A DNA stretch of 64,000 nucleotides, from NCBI GenBank assembly GCA_964649165.1, contig CAZYPC010000008.1, forward strand, positions 9,788-73,787, given 5' to 3'. How positions within the stretch are numbered: the first letter of the stretch is position 1; each line of letters starts with the position of its first letter. Made by a program: the position numbers and the translations under genes. Source of the DNA: an uncultured Chryseobacterium sp. (lineage in GTDB: Bacteria; Bacteroidota; Bacteroidia; Flavobacteriales_F; PHOS-HE28). A model generated the notes under the pieces. It was not told the origin of the DNA and made no database searches. It saw nothing but the letters and a program-made list of their open reading frames with translations. Positions 33,469-43,197 of this stretch are shown one piece after another.

Positions 33469-33546
33469 GTTGTACAACTTCGCGCACCAACGGTCCTCGG
33501 TCCGATCGCCCCCCTTCTTCACTCCTCCTCCGCTCATTTTCTACCC

Positions 33547-34527
33547 ATGCGCTATCGCCGCCTCGGCACATCCGGCCTTCAAGTGAGCGAAGTCTCGCTC
33601 GGTTCATGGCTCACGTTCGGCAAGCTCATCACGGATGACACCGCCGAAGCGTTGATGGAACTCGCCTACGACAACGGGGTGAACTTCTTCGACAATGCGG
33701 AGATCTATTCCAAGGGCGAGAGCGAGCGCGTGATGGGGCGCATCCTACAGAAGATGGAATGGCCGCGCGATACATGGACCGTGAGCAGCAAGGTCTTCTT
33801 CGGGGCGGGCGGAAAACTGCCGACGCAGGTGGGGCTCCATCGCAAGCATGTGTTCGAGGCGTGTCATGACGCGCTCAAGCGCCTCCAGGTGGAGTACCTG
33901 GACCTCTACTTCTGCCACCGTCCCGATCCGAACACGCCGATCGCCGAGACGGTATGGAGCATGCACCAGCTCATCCTGCAAGGCAAGGTGATGTACTGGG
34001 GAACAAGTGAATGGAGCGCGAAGGAGATCGCCGAAGCGCATGCCGTGGCGCAGAAGCACCACCTCATCGGTCCGGTGATGGAACAGCCGCAGTACAACAT
34101 GTTCCACCGCGAGAAAGTGGAGCAGGAGTTCGCGCCGCTCTACGATACCGTCGGGCTGGGTACCACTATATGGAGTCCGCTCGCGAGCGGCGTGCTCAGC
34201 GGCAAGCATTCCCTGGAGGGCGATACCTCCTCACGACTGCGCGCCGCCGGTCTCGACTGGTTGCGCGAACGCGAGCTTACCGAAGCGCGCTTGAAGAAGG
34301 TCGATGAATTGAAAGCGCTCGCGACAGGTCTCGGCCTTTCCCTGCCCGTGCTCGCCATCGCCTGGTGCCTGAAGAATCCTCGCGTGAGCACCGTGATCCT
34401 CGGCGCGAGCAAGACCGCCCAGTTGGAAGAGAACCTGAAGGCGGTGGAGGCCCAGGACCTGCTGACGCCCGATGTGCTCACGCAGGTCGAACAGACATTG
34501 TCCGGGGCGAAGCTGAGTACCTGGTGA
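33547..34527 (+). CDS. aldo/keto reductase (Kv-beta-like subfamily)
   Basis: 326 aa with MRYRRLGTSGLQVSEVSLGSW, FDNAEIYSKGESE and DLYFCHRPD. Confidence 0.85.
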   Translation: MRYRRLGTSGLQVSEVSLGSWLTFGKLITDDTAEALMELAYDNGVNFFDNAEIYSKGESERVMGRILQKMEWPRDTWTVSSKVFFGAGGKLPTQVGLHRKHVFEACHDALKRLQVEYLDLYFCHRPDPNTPIAETVWSMHQLILQGKVMYWGTSEWSAKEIAEAHAVAQKHHLIGPVMEQPQYNMFHREKVEQEFAPLYDTVGLGTTIWSPLASGVLSGKHSLEGDTSSRLRAAGLDWLRERELTEARLKKVDELKALATGLGLSLPVLAIAWCLKNPRVSTVILGASKTAQLEENLKAVEAQDLLTPDVLTQVEQTLSGAKLSTW

Positions 34528-34720
34528 TGGCTCCCCGCTGGACAGGACCTGGGGGGTGCCTGTTGCCGCAGTAGCAAGAACATGATCACGTATCCGTGGG
34601 TGCGGTAGTTCGCGCGGGATGCTGTCCACCTCCGTTCACCGCGATCCCGCTGCTGTTCACATGGGACTCCGTGCTGCACGCCCTTGGGTGGCATAGGTTG
34701 CCGTCCCAACCCTCAGGGCC

Positions 34721-36907
34721 ATGCGTGCGCAATCGCTTCTCCTCACATTCACGTTGATGTTCATGCTGAAAGCCCAACCCCCCAGCCTCCATTGGGCACA
34801 GGCGACCGGGGGTGCGGGCCAGGAGACCTGGAAGGACGTGGCGGTCGATGGGGCCGGGTCGATCGTCACCGTGGGCAACCTGCTCACCAGTGGAACACCC
34901 ATCGACCTGGATCCGGGCCCGGGCCTGTTCAACGTGGTATCCACTGCCGGCAGCTACGACGTGTACTTCCGCAAAATGACCGCTAACGGCGACTTCCTCT
35001 GGGGCGGGGTCTTCGGAGGGACCACCACGGACAACGGGTTCTCCATCGCTACCGATGCGGCGGGCAACGTGTTCCTGGCGGGCAACGTCGTCGGCTCTAA
35101 CGTTGACCTGGATCCCGGCGCAGGGGTTTTCCCGGTGACCACGAGCAACGGTGGGTACGACGCGTTCGTGGTGAAGCTCTCCTCTTCCGGCGGTTTCTTA
35201 TGGGGCCGGATCTTCGGTGGCCTGGGCACGGACGCGGCCAATGCCATCGCTGTGGACGGCGCCGGCGACGTGTGGGTCACCGGCGTGCTGGGCAACGGCG
35301 GTGATCTGGACCCCGGAACGGGCAGCTTCACGGTCGCGGGCAACGGGTTGCAGGACATCTTCATCGTGAAGCTGGACGCGAACGGTGGATTCGTCTGGGG
35401 CGGCAGCGTCGGCGGTACGACCAACGACATCGGGCGCGGCATCGCCATCACACCGAACGGGCACGCGGTGGTCTGTGGTGAGTTCCGGGGCTCCGCCGAC
35501 TTCGATCCAGGGGCCGGTACGCTATCGCGCACCTCGGGAGGGGATGCGGACATGTTCGTGATGCGGCTCGATGGAAGCGGGGCGTTGCAATGGGCCCACC
35601 GCTTCGGAGGCACCAGCTTCGAAACGGCGCGGAGCATAGCGGTGGACGGCAGTGGTGACATCGTATTCACCGGGGAGGTGAACTCGATCACTGACATGGA
35701 CGTCGGGTCGGGCACAGCGGACCTGGCGGGCTCGTTCAACGAGCCCTCTTTCGTGGCCAGGCTCGACGGCGGCGCGGCGCACCAATGGTCCTTCCTGCTG
35801 CCCGGCTTCATCAACAAAGGCAACGGCGTGGCGGTGGACGGCCAGCGCGATGTCTACGTCACGGGATCCTTCGGCGGCACCATGGACATCGATCCCGGAC
35901 CCGGGGTAACGAATCTGGTGCAGGCCACAGGTAGCGACGGATATGTACTGCGCTACTCATCAGCCGGTACCCTGGTGTGGGGGTTCAAGCTGGACGCGAC
36001 AACCGCGAATATGCTGGCGGAGAGCATCGCGATATCGCAATCGGCGTCCGTGGTGGCCGTCGGCGCTTTTCCCGGCAACATGGACATGGACCCGGGCGCC
36101 GGCACCATCAACATCACTTCCGCCGGCAGCACCGACGCGTACACCGGTGTGTACACGCAGACCCAGCCCTGCCAGAATGCACAGGTGACGCTCAGGGCCC
36201 TGCTGGAAGGGCCGTACCGCTCGGAAACCGGGCTGATGGTGGACTCCCTGCGCGTGCTCGGCCTCCTGCCCCTCAACGAACCATACAGCGCTCAGGGCTT
36301 TGCCATCACCGGCGGAGGAACGACCACCCCAGCGGTGATGGCCGTGACCGGCACCGACGCGGTGGTGGATTGGGTGCTGGTGGAACTGCGGTCCGATGCG
36401 GACGCATCCATCGTGGTGGAACGGCGCGCGGCGCTCATCCAGCGCGACGGTGACGTGATGGCCCCGGACGGCACCTCGCCCGTGGCCTTCTGCGCCCCTG
36501 ACGGGAACTACGTGGTGGTCCTGCGTCACCGGAACCATCTGGGCGTGGCCACCGCCACGCACCAATCGCTGTCGGGCACGCCGACGCTCATCGACCTCAC
36601 GCTCGTCTCAACGCCTGTGTTCGGCACCGACCCGCGCCATGAAGTGAACGGGGTATGGACCTTGTGGCAGGGCAACGTGGTGCCGAACACGACCGCCAGC
36701 TATACCGGCCCCGCCAATGACCGTGACCCCATACTGTTGCGCGTGGGCAGTACCACGCCGAACAATACCGTTCAGGGTTACTGGCCGGAAGACGTGAACA
36801 TGGACGGCACGACCAAGTACACCGGTTCCGCCAACGATCGCGACCGCATCCTGCTCACCGTGGGCAGCACCACGCCGAACAATACCCGCGCCGAACAGTT
36901 GCCCTGA
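34721..36907 (+). CDS. secreted SBBP-type beta-propeller repeat protein with C-terminal dockerin-like duplicated motif
   Basis: 728 aa with a signal peptide. There are many repeats of the form GG...D.G..IA.D..GNV...G......D.DPG.G. The C-terminus carries a duplicated YTG(P/S)ANDRD.ILL.VGSTTPNNT motif. Confidence 0.7.
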   Translation: MRAQSLLLTFTLMFMLKAQPPSLHWAQATGGAGQETWKDVAVDGAGSIVTVGNLLTSGTPIDLDPGPGLFNVVSTAGSYDVYFRKMTANGDFLWGGVFGGTTTDNGFSIATDAAGNVFLAGNVVGSNVDLDPGAGVFPVTTSNGGYDAFVVKLSSSGGFLWGRIFGGLGTDAANAIAVDGAGDVWVTGVLGNGGDLDPGTGSFTVAGNGLQDIFIVKLDANGGFVWGGSVGGTTNDIGRGIAITPNGHAVVCGEFRGSADFDPGAGTLSRTSGGDADMFVMRLDGSGALQWAHRFGGTSFETARSIAVDGSGDIVFTGEVNSITDMDVGSGTADLAGSFNEPSFVARLDGGAAHQWSFLLPGFINKGNGVAVDGQRDVYVTGSFGGTMDIDPGPGVTNLVQATGSDGYVLRYSSAGTLVWGFKLDATTANMLAESIAISQSASVVAVGAFPGNMDMDPGAGTINITSAGSTDAYTGVYTQTQPCQNAQVTLRALLEGPYRSETGLMVDSLRVLGLLPLNEPYSAQGFAITGGGTTTPAVMAVTGTDAVVDWVLVELRSDADASIVVERRAALIQRDGDVMAPDGTSPVAFCAPDGNYVVVLRHRNHLGVATATHQSLSGTPTLIDLTLVSTPVFGTDPRHEVNGVWTLWQGNVVPNTTASYTGPANDRDPILLRVGSTTPNNTVQGYWPEDVNMDGTTKYTGSANDRDRILLTVGSTTPNNTRAEQLP

Positions 36908-36931
36908 GCGCGCAACAGCGAACTTGGTCGC

Positions 36932-38722
36932 ATGCGCGTTCCGCTATTCTGCGTTGTCCTTTCCTGCGCAACGGCACATGCCGCTTCAACGGACAGCCTG
37001 ATCCTCGCGCTCGACGGGTTGCCACGGGACACCATACGTTCCCGCGTCCTTGCGAAAGTGGTCCGTGGCCTCATGCGCAGCGACCCCGATTCCGCCCTGG
37101 GCTATGCGCACGAATACCTGGCGCTCGCCGAGGAACTGCATGACCAGGCCCGCATCGCGCGAGGGCATTCGGAGATCGGGCTCTGCCTGATGCTCGCCGG
37201 GGACCATCACGACGCGTTACCGCGTTTTCTCCTCGCGCTGCAGTGGTACGAGGAAGCTCGGGACACGTCCATGACCGCCACCATGCGGAACAACATCGCC
37301 GAGGTGTACAAAGCGGAAGGGCGGCACGAACTGGAAGTGGAGGAACTGCGCAAAGCGCACAGCGGCTTCAGGGCCGTGAAGGACACGATGTGGACCGCGT
37401 TCACCGCCGAGGCACTCGCCAGCGCATTCGAACAGCTCGGTATGCGTGACAGCGCCTTCTTCTACTTCGACCGCACCGCAGCGCTCATGGAGGCGGTGGG
37501 CTCACCACAGCACGCCGCCATGGTGCGCTACCGCCAGAGCACCATGCTCGACGAATGGGGCAGTGACTCTCTCATGCGTACCATGCAGGAGCAGGCGCTC
37601 GCCATGCTGGGCTCCTCGCAGGACCGTCTCGCGCGTTCGATCATCCTTACCGGCCTTGGCAGGACACTTGCGCGCCTGGGCCAGGACGAAGAGGCCGAGG
37701 CGCGCCTCCGGGAAGCGTTGGCGCTGGCCATCACCGGCGGCTTCAAGAAACAGATAGCCGAGGCGCACCATGCTCTGGGCGGGATGTTCCAGCACCAGCG
37801 CTCGCCCGACAGCGCCCTCGTGCATTTCACCGCCTTCATGCAATGGCACGACAGCCTGAACAATGAGGAGCGCAGCGCCCGCATCGCTGAAGTGCAGGGG
37901 CGCTTCGATGGTGCCCGAAAGGATGCTGAGCTGGAGCGCCGGAACGCCTTGATCGCCGACCAGCGTTCACGCATCACGCTCTATCTGGGGGCCGCCTCGG
38001 TCATGGCCGTGGTGATCATCGCCCTGGTGCTCGGGCACCGCCGGAACCGCCGGTACCGGCGCGTGTTGGAGGAGCGCAACACCGAGGTGGAAACGGCTTT
38101 GAAGGAGAAGGAACTGCTGCTGCGCGAGCTGAACCACCGCGTGAAGAACAACATGCAGACCGTCGGCAGCCTGCTGCGGTTGCAAGCGCGGAATGTGACC
38201 GAGGAAGGCACCCGCCGCGCGTTGCAGGAGGCGATGATGCGGGTGAAGAGCCTTGCCCTCGTCCACCAGGACCTCTATAGCGGCACCGCGCTCACCAGCG
38301 TTTCCATGGACCAGTACGTGGGCAAGCTCGCGCAAGGACTCCTCCGCAGCCATGGCATGGAGGAGCGCATCCGATTGATGCTCGAATTGGAACCCGTGGA
38401 ACTGGAGGTGGATTCGGCCGTTCCGTTCGGGCTGATCATGAATGAATTCATCACCAACGCCTTCAAACACGCCTTTCCGGGCGATGCGCGGGGATCGCTC
38501 ACCGTATCGTTGAAGATGCAGGGCGACCTCCTGGTACTGGAGGTCAGGGATGATGGCGTGGGCTACGACCTGCGGCAAAGAGCGGGAACGGGGCCTGACA
38601 GGCTCCTCTCGGGCGTGGGCATCGTGGATACGTTCGCAGAGTCGCTCGGTGCGGAATGGTCCGTGATCAACGAAGGAGGTACGACCGTCCGCTTCGCCGC
38701 CCGCAATGTCAAGCGTGCATGA
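36932..38722 (+). CDS. TPR-repeat sensor histidine kinase (HisKA_2-type phosphoacceptor)
   Basis: 596 aa with a signal or TM segment and TPR-like repeats. A TM segment (ITLYLGAASVMAVVIIALVLG) follows. The H-box is LLRELNHRVKNNMQTV, and an HATPase_c region is present (GVGIVDTFAESLG). Confidence 0.8.
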   Translation: MRVPLFCVVLSCATAHAASTDSLILALDGLPRDTIRSRVLAKVVRGLMRSDPDSALGYAHEYLALAEELHDQARIARGHSEIGLCLMLAGDHHDALPRFLLALQWYEEARDTSMTATMRNNIAEVYKAEGRHELEVEELRKAHSGFRAVKDTMWTAFTAEALASAFEQLGMRDSAFFYFDRTAALMEAVGSPQHAAMVRYRQSTMLDEWGSDSLMRTMQEQALAMLGSSQDRLARSIILTGLGRTLARLGQDEEAEARLREALALAITGGFKKQIAEAHHALGGMFQHQRSPDSALVHFTAFMQWHDSLNNEERSARIAEVQGRFDGARKDAELERRNALIADQRSRITLYLGAASVMAVVIIALVLGHRRNRRYRRVLEERNTEVETALKEKELLLRELNHRVKNNMQTVGSLLRLQARNVTEEGTRRALQEAMMRVKSLALVHQDLYSGTALTSVSMDQYVGKLAQGLLRSHGMEERIRLMLELEPVELEVDSAVPFGLIMNEFITNAFKHAFPGDARGSLTVSLKMQGDLLVLEVRDDGVGYDLRQRAGTGPDRLLSGVGIVDTFAESLGAEWSVINEGGTTVRFAARNVKRA

Positions 38723-39462
38723 TGGACCCGGTGCGCCTGCTCGTTGTGGAAGATGATGCGGTGATAGCCGCCGACCTGGCTTCCCTGTCGCGTGACCTCG
38801 GATATCTCGTATGCGCCATCTGTGCGGACGCCGGAGCCGCGATGTCCGCTCTGGCCGTGCATCGGCCCGATCTCGTACTGCTGGATATCCACCTGGGTAG
38901 CGGCAAGGATGGCATCTCGGTGGCCGAGCATATCAACTCGCACGCCGCTGCGCCCTTCATCTTCGTTACCGGCCATACGGATCGTGCCACACTCGAGCGC
39001 GTGAAAGCGGTAAGGCCCGCTGGTTTCATCATCAAACCGTTCGACGAGGATGACCTGCGCACCCAGATCGAGATCGCGCTGGCCCGTTTTGCCGCCCGGA
39101 TGGAAGTAACCGCCCTGCCCTCCGGGGCACAGCAACAGGACTTCCGCATTGCGGACGTCCTTTTCGTGCGCGACAAAGGACGATTGGTGAAAGTGCCCGT
39201 CAAGGAGATCATATACGCGGAAGCGGCTGACAACTACGTGGTACTGCATGTCCGGGACCGACGATATGTCCTCGCCTCCACGCTGACCGGGCTGGAAGAG
39301 CGGATCGCTTCCCCGCATTTCGTACGCATCCATCGAGGCTATCTCGTGGATGTGCGTCGCATCACAGGATTGCGGGAAAGGGAAGCGCTCATCGGCGACA
39401 TCTCGTTGCCCGTGGGACGTACGCACCGGGATGAGTTGAGGCGCCGGTGGCAAATGGTCTGA
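38719..39462 (+). CDS. LytTR-family response regulator
   Basis: The start overlaps the kinase stop as ATGA. The receiver reads LLVVEDD...DLVLLDIHL, and the LytTR C-terminus reads IIYAEAADNYVVLHV...FVRIHRGYLV. Confidence 0.85.
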   Translation: MMDPVRLLVVEDDAVIAADLASLSRDLGYLVCAICADAGAAMSALAVHRPDLVLLDIHLGSGKDGISVAEHINSHAAAPFIFVTGHTDRATLERVKAVRPAGFIIKPFDEDDLRTQIEIALARFAARMEVTALPSGAQQQDFRIADVLFVRDKGRLVKVPVKEIIYAEAADNYVVLHVRDRRYVLASTLTGLEERIASPHFVRIHRGYLVDVRRITGLREREALIGDISLPVGRTHRDELRRRWQMV

Positions 39463-39555
39463 GATCGGCCGCACGGGGGCATACCATCCTCCATTCCCCT
39501 CACCAGGACCAGGGGAACTGCTCCAGGAGGACCAGGACGTGTATGGAGACCGGAG

Positions 39556-40167
39556 CTACTTGATCAGCGCATACCCCAGGTAGAACTGTGCCGCGCGGTT
39601 GTTGTCGCCGTCGGTCATACTGAAGTCACCGCTGTCATCCACGGAACACAGGCCGTAGGTGTAGCGGATGCCGGCCTGCCAGCGACCGAGGTTGAGCGCG
39701 GCACCGCCGAGCAGACCAAAGTCGCTGTCGTTGAGATCATCGGTACTGAGCTGTACACCATCGTCGGCGACCTGCTGGGCCAGACCGCCCAGATCCGTGG
39801 AAAGCAACTTGGAGCCGTAGCCTCCGAACTGCAGGTCCAACGGTCCGAAGGGAAACACAGCGAAGAGCGGTACTTCCACATAGTTGAGTCGGATATTGGT
39901 CACTTCGTCGCCGTTCTGAACAGGCGTGTTCTTCTCCGTGTAGAGCACCTCCAACTGACCGCCCATACCCACCGGTGGCGCGATGCGCAGGTAGAGGCCG
40001 CCGTGGATGCCCATCGGTTCCGTCTTGAACGCCGTGCCCAGGTCCAGCGAGCGCTGCTGGATACCACCCTTGATGCCGAACCGGACGAACGGCAGGGACT
40101 GCGCGAAGGAGAGCGCGGCCACGCTCAGGAGGCCGAAGAAGAGGGCGGTGCGAAGGAGCTTCTCCAT
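39556..40167 (-). CDS. outer-membrane beta-barrel protein (OMP_b-brl/PorT-like)
   Basis: It has the signal peptide MEKLLRTALFFGLLSVAALSFAQ and alternating beta-strand patterns. The C-terminus ...QFYLGYALIK lacks a strict terminal aromatic residue. Confidence 0.65.
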   Translation of the reverse strand: MEKLLRTALFFGLLSVAALSFAQSLPFVRFGIKGGIQQRSLDLGTAFKTEPMGIHGGLYLRIAPPVGMGGQLEVLYTEKNTPVQNGDEVTNIRLNYVEVPLFAVFPFGPLDLQFGGYGSKLLSTDLGGLAQQVADDGVQLSTDDLNDSDFGLLGGAALNLGRWQAGIRYTYGLCSVDDSGDFSMTDGDNNRAAQFYLGYALIK

Positions 40168-40310
40168 GGTTTCCGTGCGTTCACGTGGTGCGAACCAACG
40201 CATCCCCTGAACGGGGGATAAGGCCGGTCGTGTATCTGGTGGTCTTCGGCGAGCAAGTGGCGGGCCATGCTGCCCGGACCGTTTCCGCGCCTGGTCACGA
40301 ACGGGCCTCT

Positions 40311-40670
40311 TCAGCGCTTGGCTGCGGCCTGCGCCATCTCCTTGGTCACCTTGGGTGCGTTACCGATGAGGATGCGGTCGTCGATCACCATCACCGGCCG
40401 TTTGAGGAAGGTGTATTCCTCCAGGATGTACTTACGGTAGTCCTTTTCCGACAGCTTCATCTTGTTCAGACCGAGACCTCGGTACTTCAAGGCGATGCGA
40501 CTGAAGAGCGCTTCGTAGCTGCCGGCGAGCGCCTTCATTTCGTCCAGCTCTTTCGGCGTGATGGGATCACCTTTGATCTCCCGGAGCGTGAACGACTTCA
40601 AGTTCGGGATCTCCTTCATGATGCGCTCACAGGTGGTGCAGGTGCCGAGGTAATAGAAGATGCGGGCCAT
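40311..40670 (-). CDS. ArsC/Spx/MgsR family thioredoxin-fold protein
   Basis: MARIFYYLGTCTTCERIMKEI carries a CxxC motif at the N-terminus, and FLKRPVMVIDD appears later. I chose the start at 40670. Confidence 0.6.
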   Translation of the reverse strand: MARIFYYLGTCTTCERIMKEIPNLKSFTLREIKGDPITPKELDEMKALAGSYEALFSRIALKYRGLGLNKMKLSEKDYRKYILEEYTFLKRPVMVIDDRILIGNAPKVTKEMAQAAAKR

Positions 40671-40790
40671 GGCCGCGAAGTTCTTGAACCTCATCATACG
40701 ACCACATCAAGGACGAGCGGCCAACACGCTTCAGGGACACGGCGTTGGCCGGACCCTGACGACGGTACGGGTCGCGAAGGCGTGGTCGCC

Positions 40791-42251
40791 TCAGAACTCC
40801 GCACTCTTCGGCGTCCGTGGGAACGGGATCACATCCCGGATGTTCCCCATGCCGGTAACGAAGAGCACGAAGCGCTCTAGCCCCAGTCCGAAGCCCGCAT
40901 GCGGCACCGAACCGAAGCGGCGCGTATCGAGGTACCACCAGAGCTCCTCGGCGGGCACGTGCATCTCCTTCATGCGCGCTTCGAGCACATCCAGGCGTTC
41001 CTCGCGCTGACTTCCACCGATGATCTCGCCGATGCCAGGGAAGAGCACGTCCATCGCCGCGACCGTAGTGCCCTTGTCGCTGTAGCCGAAATCACCCGGC
41101 GCATTGGTGCGCATATAGAAGGCCTTGATCTTGCCCGGATAGCCCGTGACGATCACCGGCTTCTTGAAGTGCTTCTCCACCAGGTAGCGCTCGTGCTCGC
41201 TCTGCAGATCGATGCCCCATTCCACCGGGAACTGGAACTGCTTCTTCTGGTAAGGTTTGCTGCGCAGCAGGATGTCGATCGCGTCCGTGTAGGTGATCCG
41301 CTCGAAGGGGTTGTCCAGCACGAACTTCAAACGGGCGATCAGACCCATGTCACTGCGCTGCTCCTTCGGCTTCTGCGCTTCTTCCTCCTTCAAACGCGCA
41401 TCCAGGAACTGCAGATCATCCATGCTGTTTTTCAACACGCGTGCGATCAAGTGATTGCACAGACCTTCCGCCAGGTCCATGTCGCCTTGGAGGTCCATGA
41501 AAGCGGCCTCGGGCTCGATCATCCAGAACTCGGCGAGGTGGCGTGCCGTGTTGCTGTTCTCCGCGCGGAAGGTGGGTCCGAAGGTGTAGACTTTGCCGAG
41601 CGCGAGGGCAGCGAGTTCCGCTTGCAGCTGTCCACTAACGGTGAGGCGGCTTTCACGTCCGAAGAAATCCTGGCTGAAATCCACGCTGTCGTTGTTCTCC
41701 AATCGGGGCGGACTGTTGGCATCGAGCGTGCTCACGCGGAACATCTCGCCCGCACCTTCCGCATCGCTGGCGGTGATGATCGGGCTGTGGAAATAGTTGT
41801 AACCGAGCTGATCGAAGTACTCGTGAATGCCGAAGCTCACCTGGTGGCGGATGCGGAAGATGGCGCTGTAGGTGTTCGTGCGGAAGCGCAAGTGCGCGTT
41901 CTCGCGCAGGAATTCGAGGCTATGTTTCTTCGGCTGAATGGGGTACTTCTCCGCGTCGCTGTCGCCGAGCACATCCACGGAAGTCACCTGCATCTCCACA
42001 CGCTGGCCGCTGCCCTTGCTCTCCACGATCAGGCCCGTGCATTTCACGGCGGCACTGGTGGTGAATCGCGCGCGCGCGGCCGCCTCCACCTTCTCCTGAT
42101 CGATCACGCACTGCAGGTTGCGGATGGTGCTGCCGTCGTTCAGCGCGATGAAGCGGTCGTTGCGGAAGGTGCGCACCCAACCGGCGACCGTAACGGTCGT
42201 ACCCGTGAGCGCTTCATCGTCGAGGACGGACTTGATGGTCGTGAGTTCCAT
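40791..42251 (-). CDS. asnS: asparagine--tRNA ligase
   Basis: Motifs VAGWVRTFRNDRFIALNDGS and FGPTFRAENSNTARHLAEFWMIEPE (AsnRS signature), with GLGLERFVLFVTG as class II motif 3. I trimmed the start to the ATG at 42251. Confidence 0.95.
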   Translation of the reverse strand: MELTTIKSVLDDEALTGTTVTVAGWVRTFRNDRFIALNDGSTIRNLQCVIDQEKVEAAARARFTTSAAVKCTGLIVESKGSGQRVEMQVTSVDVLGDSDAEKYPIQPKKHSLEFLRENAHLRFRTNTYSAIFRIRHQVSFGIHEYFDQLGYNYFHSPIITASDAEGAGEMFRVSTLDANSPPRLENNDSVDFSQDFFGRESRLTVSGQLQAELAALALGKVYTFGPTFRAENSNTARHLAEFWMIEPEAAFMDLQGDMDLAEGLCNHLIARVLKNSMDDLQFLDARLKEEEAQKPKEQRSDMGLIARLKFVLDNPFERITYTDAIDILLRSKPYQKKQFQFPVEWGIDLQSEHERYLVEKHFKKPVIVTGYPGKIKAFYMRTNAPGDFGYSDKGTTVAAMDVLFPGIGEIIGGSQREERLDVLEARMKEMHVPAEELWWYLDTRRFGSVPHAGFGLGLERFVLFVTGMGNIRDVIPFPRTPKSAEF

Positions 42252-42482
42252 GGGCGTAAGGGGGCGCAAATGAACGAAGGCCGCGCGGATGCCAGCATTC
42301 GACGAGCCATCCTCGGTCCCGCGACCTCGACCAGCTTCCGGCACATGCGGAACACGACCCGCTGCGGACGCCTCGAAGCGTGAGCCTACCAGCAAGGCGC
42401 AGCCTTCCCGGGCCGGCTCCTGGCATCCCTGGCCGTACCCCTGTCGCGCCGCCCATCCATCTGCCATTGCCGTTCGTCACAC

Positions 42483-42513
42483 TGGAAACGTTTTTAATTG
42501 CATTTCGTTTCCA
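42483..42513. promoter_or_regulatory. 8-bp inverted repeat tggaaacg-N15-cgtttcca upstream of the TetR gene (candidate operator)
   Basis: Read directly from the sequence: 42483..42490 and 42506..42513 are exact reverse complements. The site is in an AT-rich stretch about 50 nt upstream of the ATG at 42562. Confidence 0.4.
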
Positions 42514-42561
42514 TTGTGCTTCGTTTGCGCCCCGTTCGGAGCACGGCCCTCACCTTCCCTG

Positions 42562-43182
42562 ATGGACCTCAAGAAGAAAGACATCCTCGAGCAGGCGCAC
42601 AAGTTGTTCATGCGTCTTGGTATCAAGAGCATGACGATGGACGACGTGGCCACCCATCTGCGCGTGAGCAAGAAGACGCTCTATGAGCACTTCACCGACA
42701 AGAACGACATGGTGGAGCAGGTCGTGGCCGGCGTGTGCAAGCACCACCGGACCAGCATCGATGCCATCTGCGCCAAGGGAATGAACGCCATCGACGAGAA
42801 CCACGAGATCACCAACTTCATCGTGGGCCAGATCGGTGGCGTCCACCCGAGCGTGCAGTTCGACCTGCAGAAATACCACCCCAAGGCCTGGGCGATCCTG
42901 GATGACACGGAACGGACGGACATCTTCCGCTGCGTGAGCACCAACCTGAAGAAAGGTGTTAAGGATGGCCTCTACCGCGAGGACCTGGACGTGGAAGTGA
43001 TCACGCGCCTTTACATCTCGCGCATGGACTCCACCTGGGACGGCCGCGTATTTCCGGCTGAAGAGTTCAACATCAAGGATGTGCTCTGGAAGCACTTCGA
43101 ATACCACATCCGCGGCATCGCCAGCAAGAAGGGGCTGGAGTATCTGGAGAAAAAAGTGAAGAAAGAACGCGCGGCGGCCTAG
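42562..43182 (+). CDS. TetR/AcrR family transcriptional regulator
   Basis: MDLKKKDILEQAHKLFMRLGIKSMTMDDVATHLRVSKKTLYEHF is a TetR HTH. It leads a TolC-adaptor-RND operon. Confidence 0.85.
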   Translation: MDLKKKDILEQAHKLFMRLGIKSMTMDDVATHLRVSKKTLYEHFTDKNDMVEQVVAGVCKHHRTSIDAICAKGMNAIDENHEITNFIVGQIGGVHPSVQFDLQKYHPKAWAILDDTERTDIFRCVSTNLKKGVKDGLYREDLDVEVITRLYISRMDSTWDGRVFPAEEFNIKDVLWKHFEYHIRGIASKKGLEYLEKKVKKERAAA

Positions 43183-43197
43183 GCCCCGCGAGCGAAC

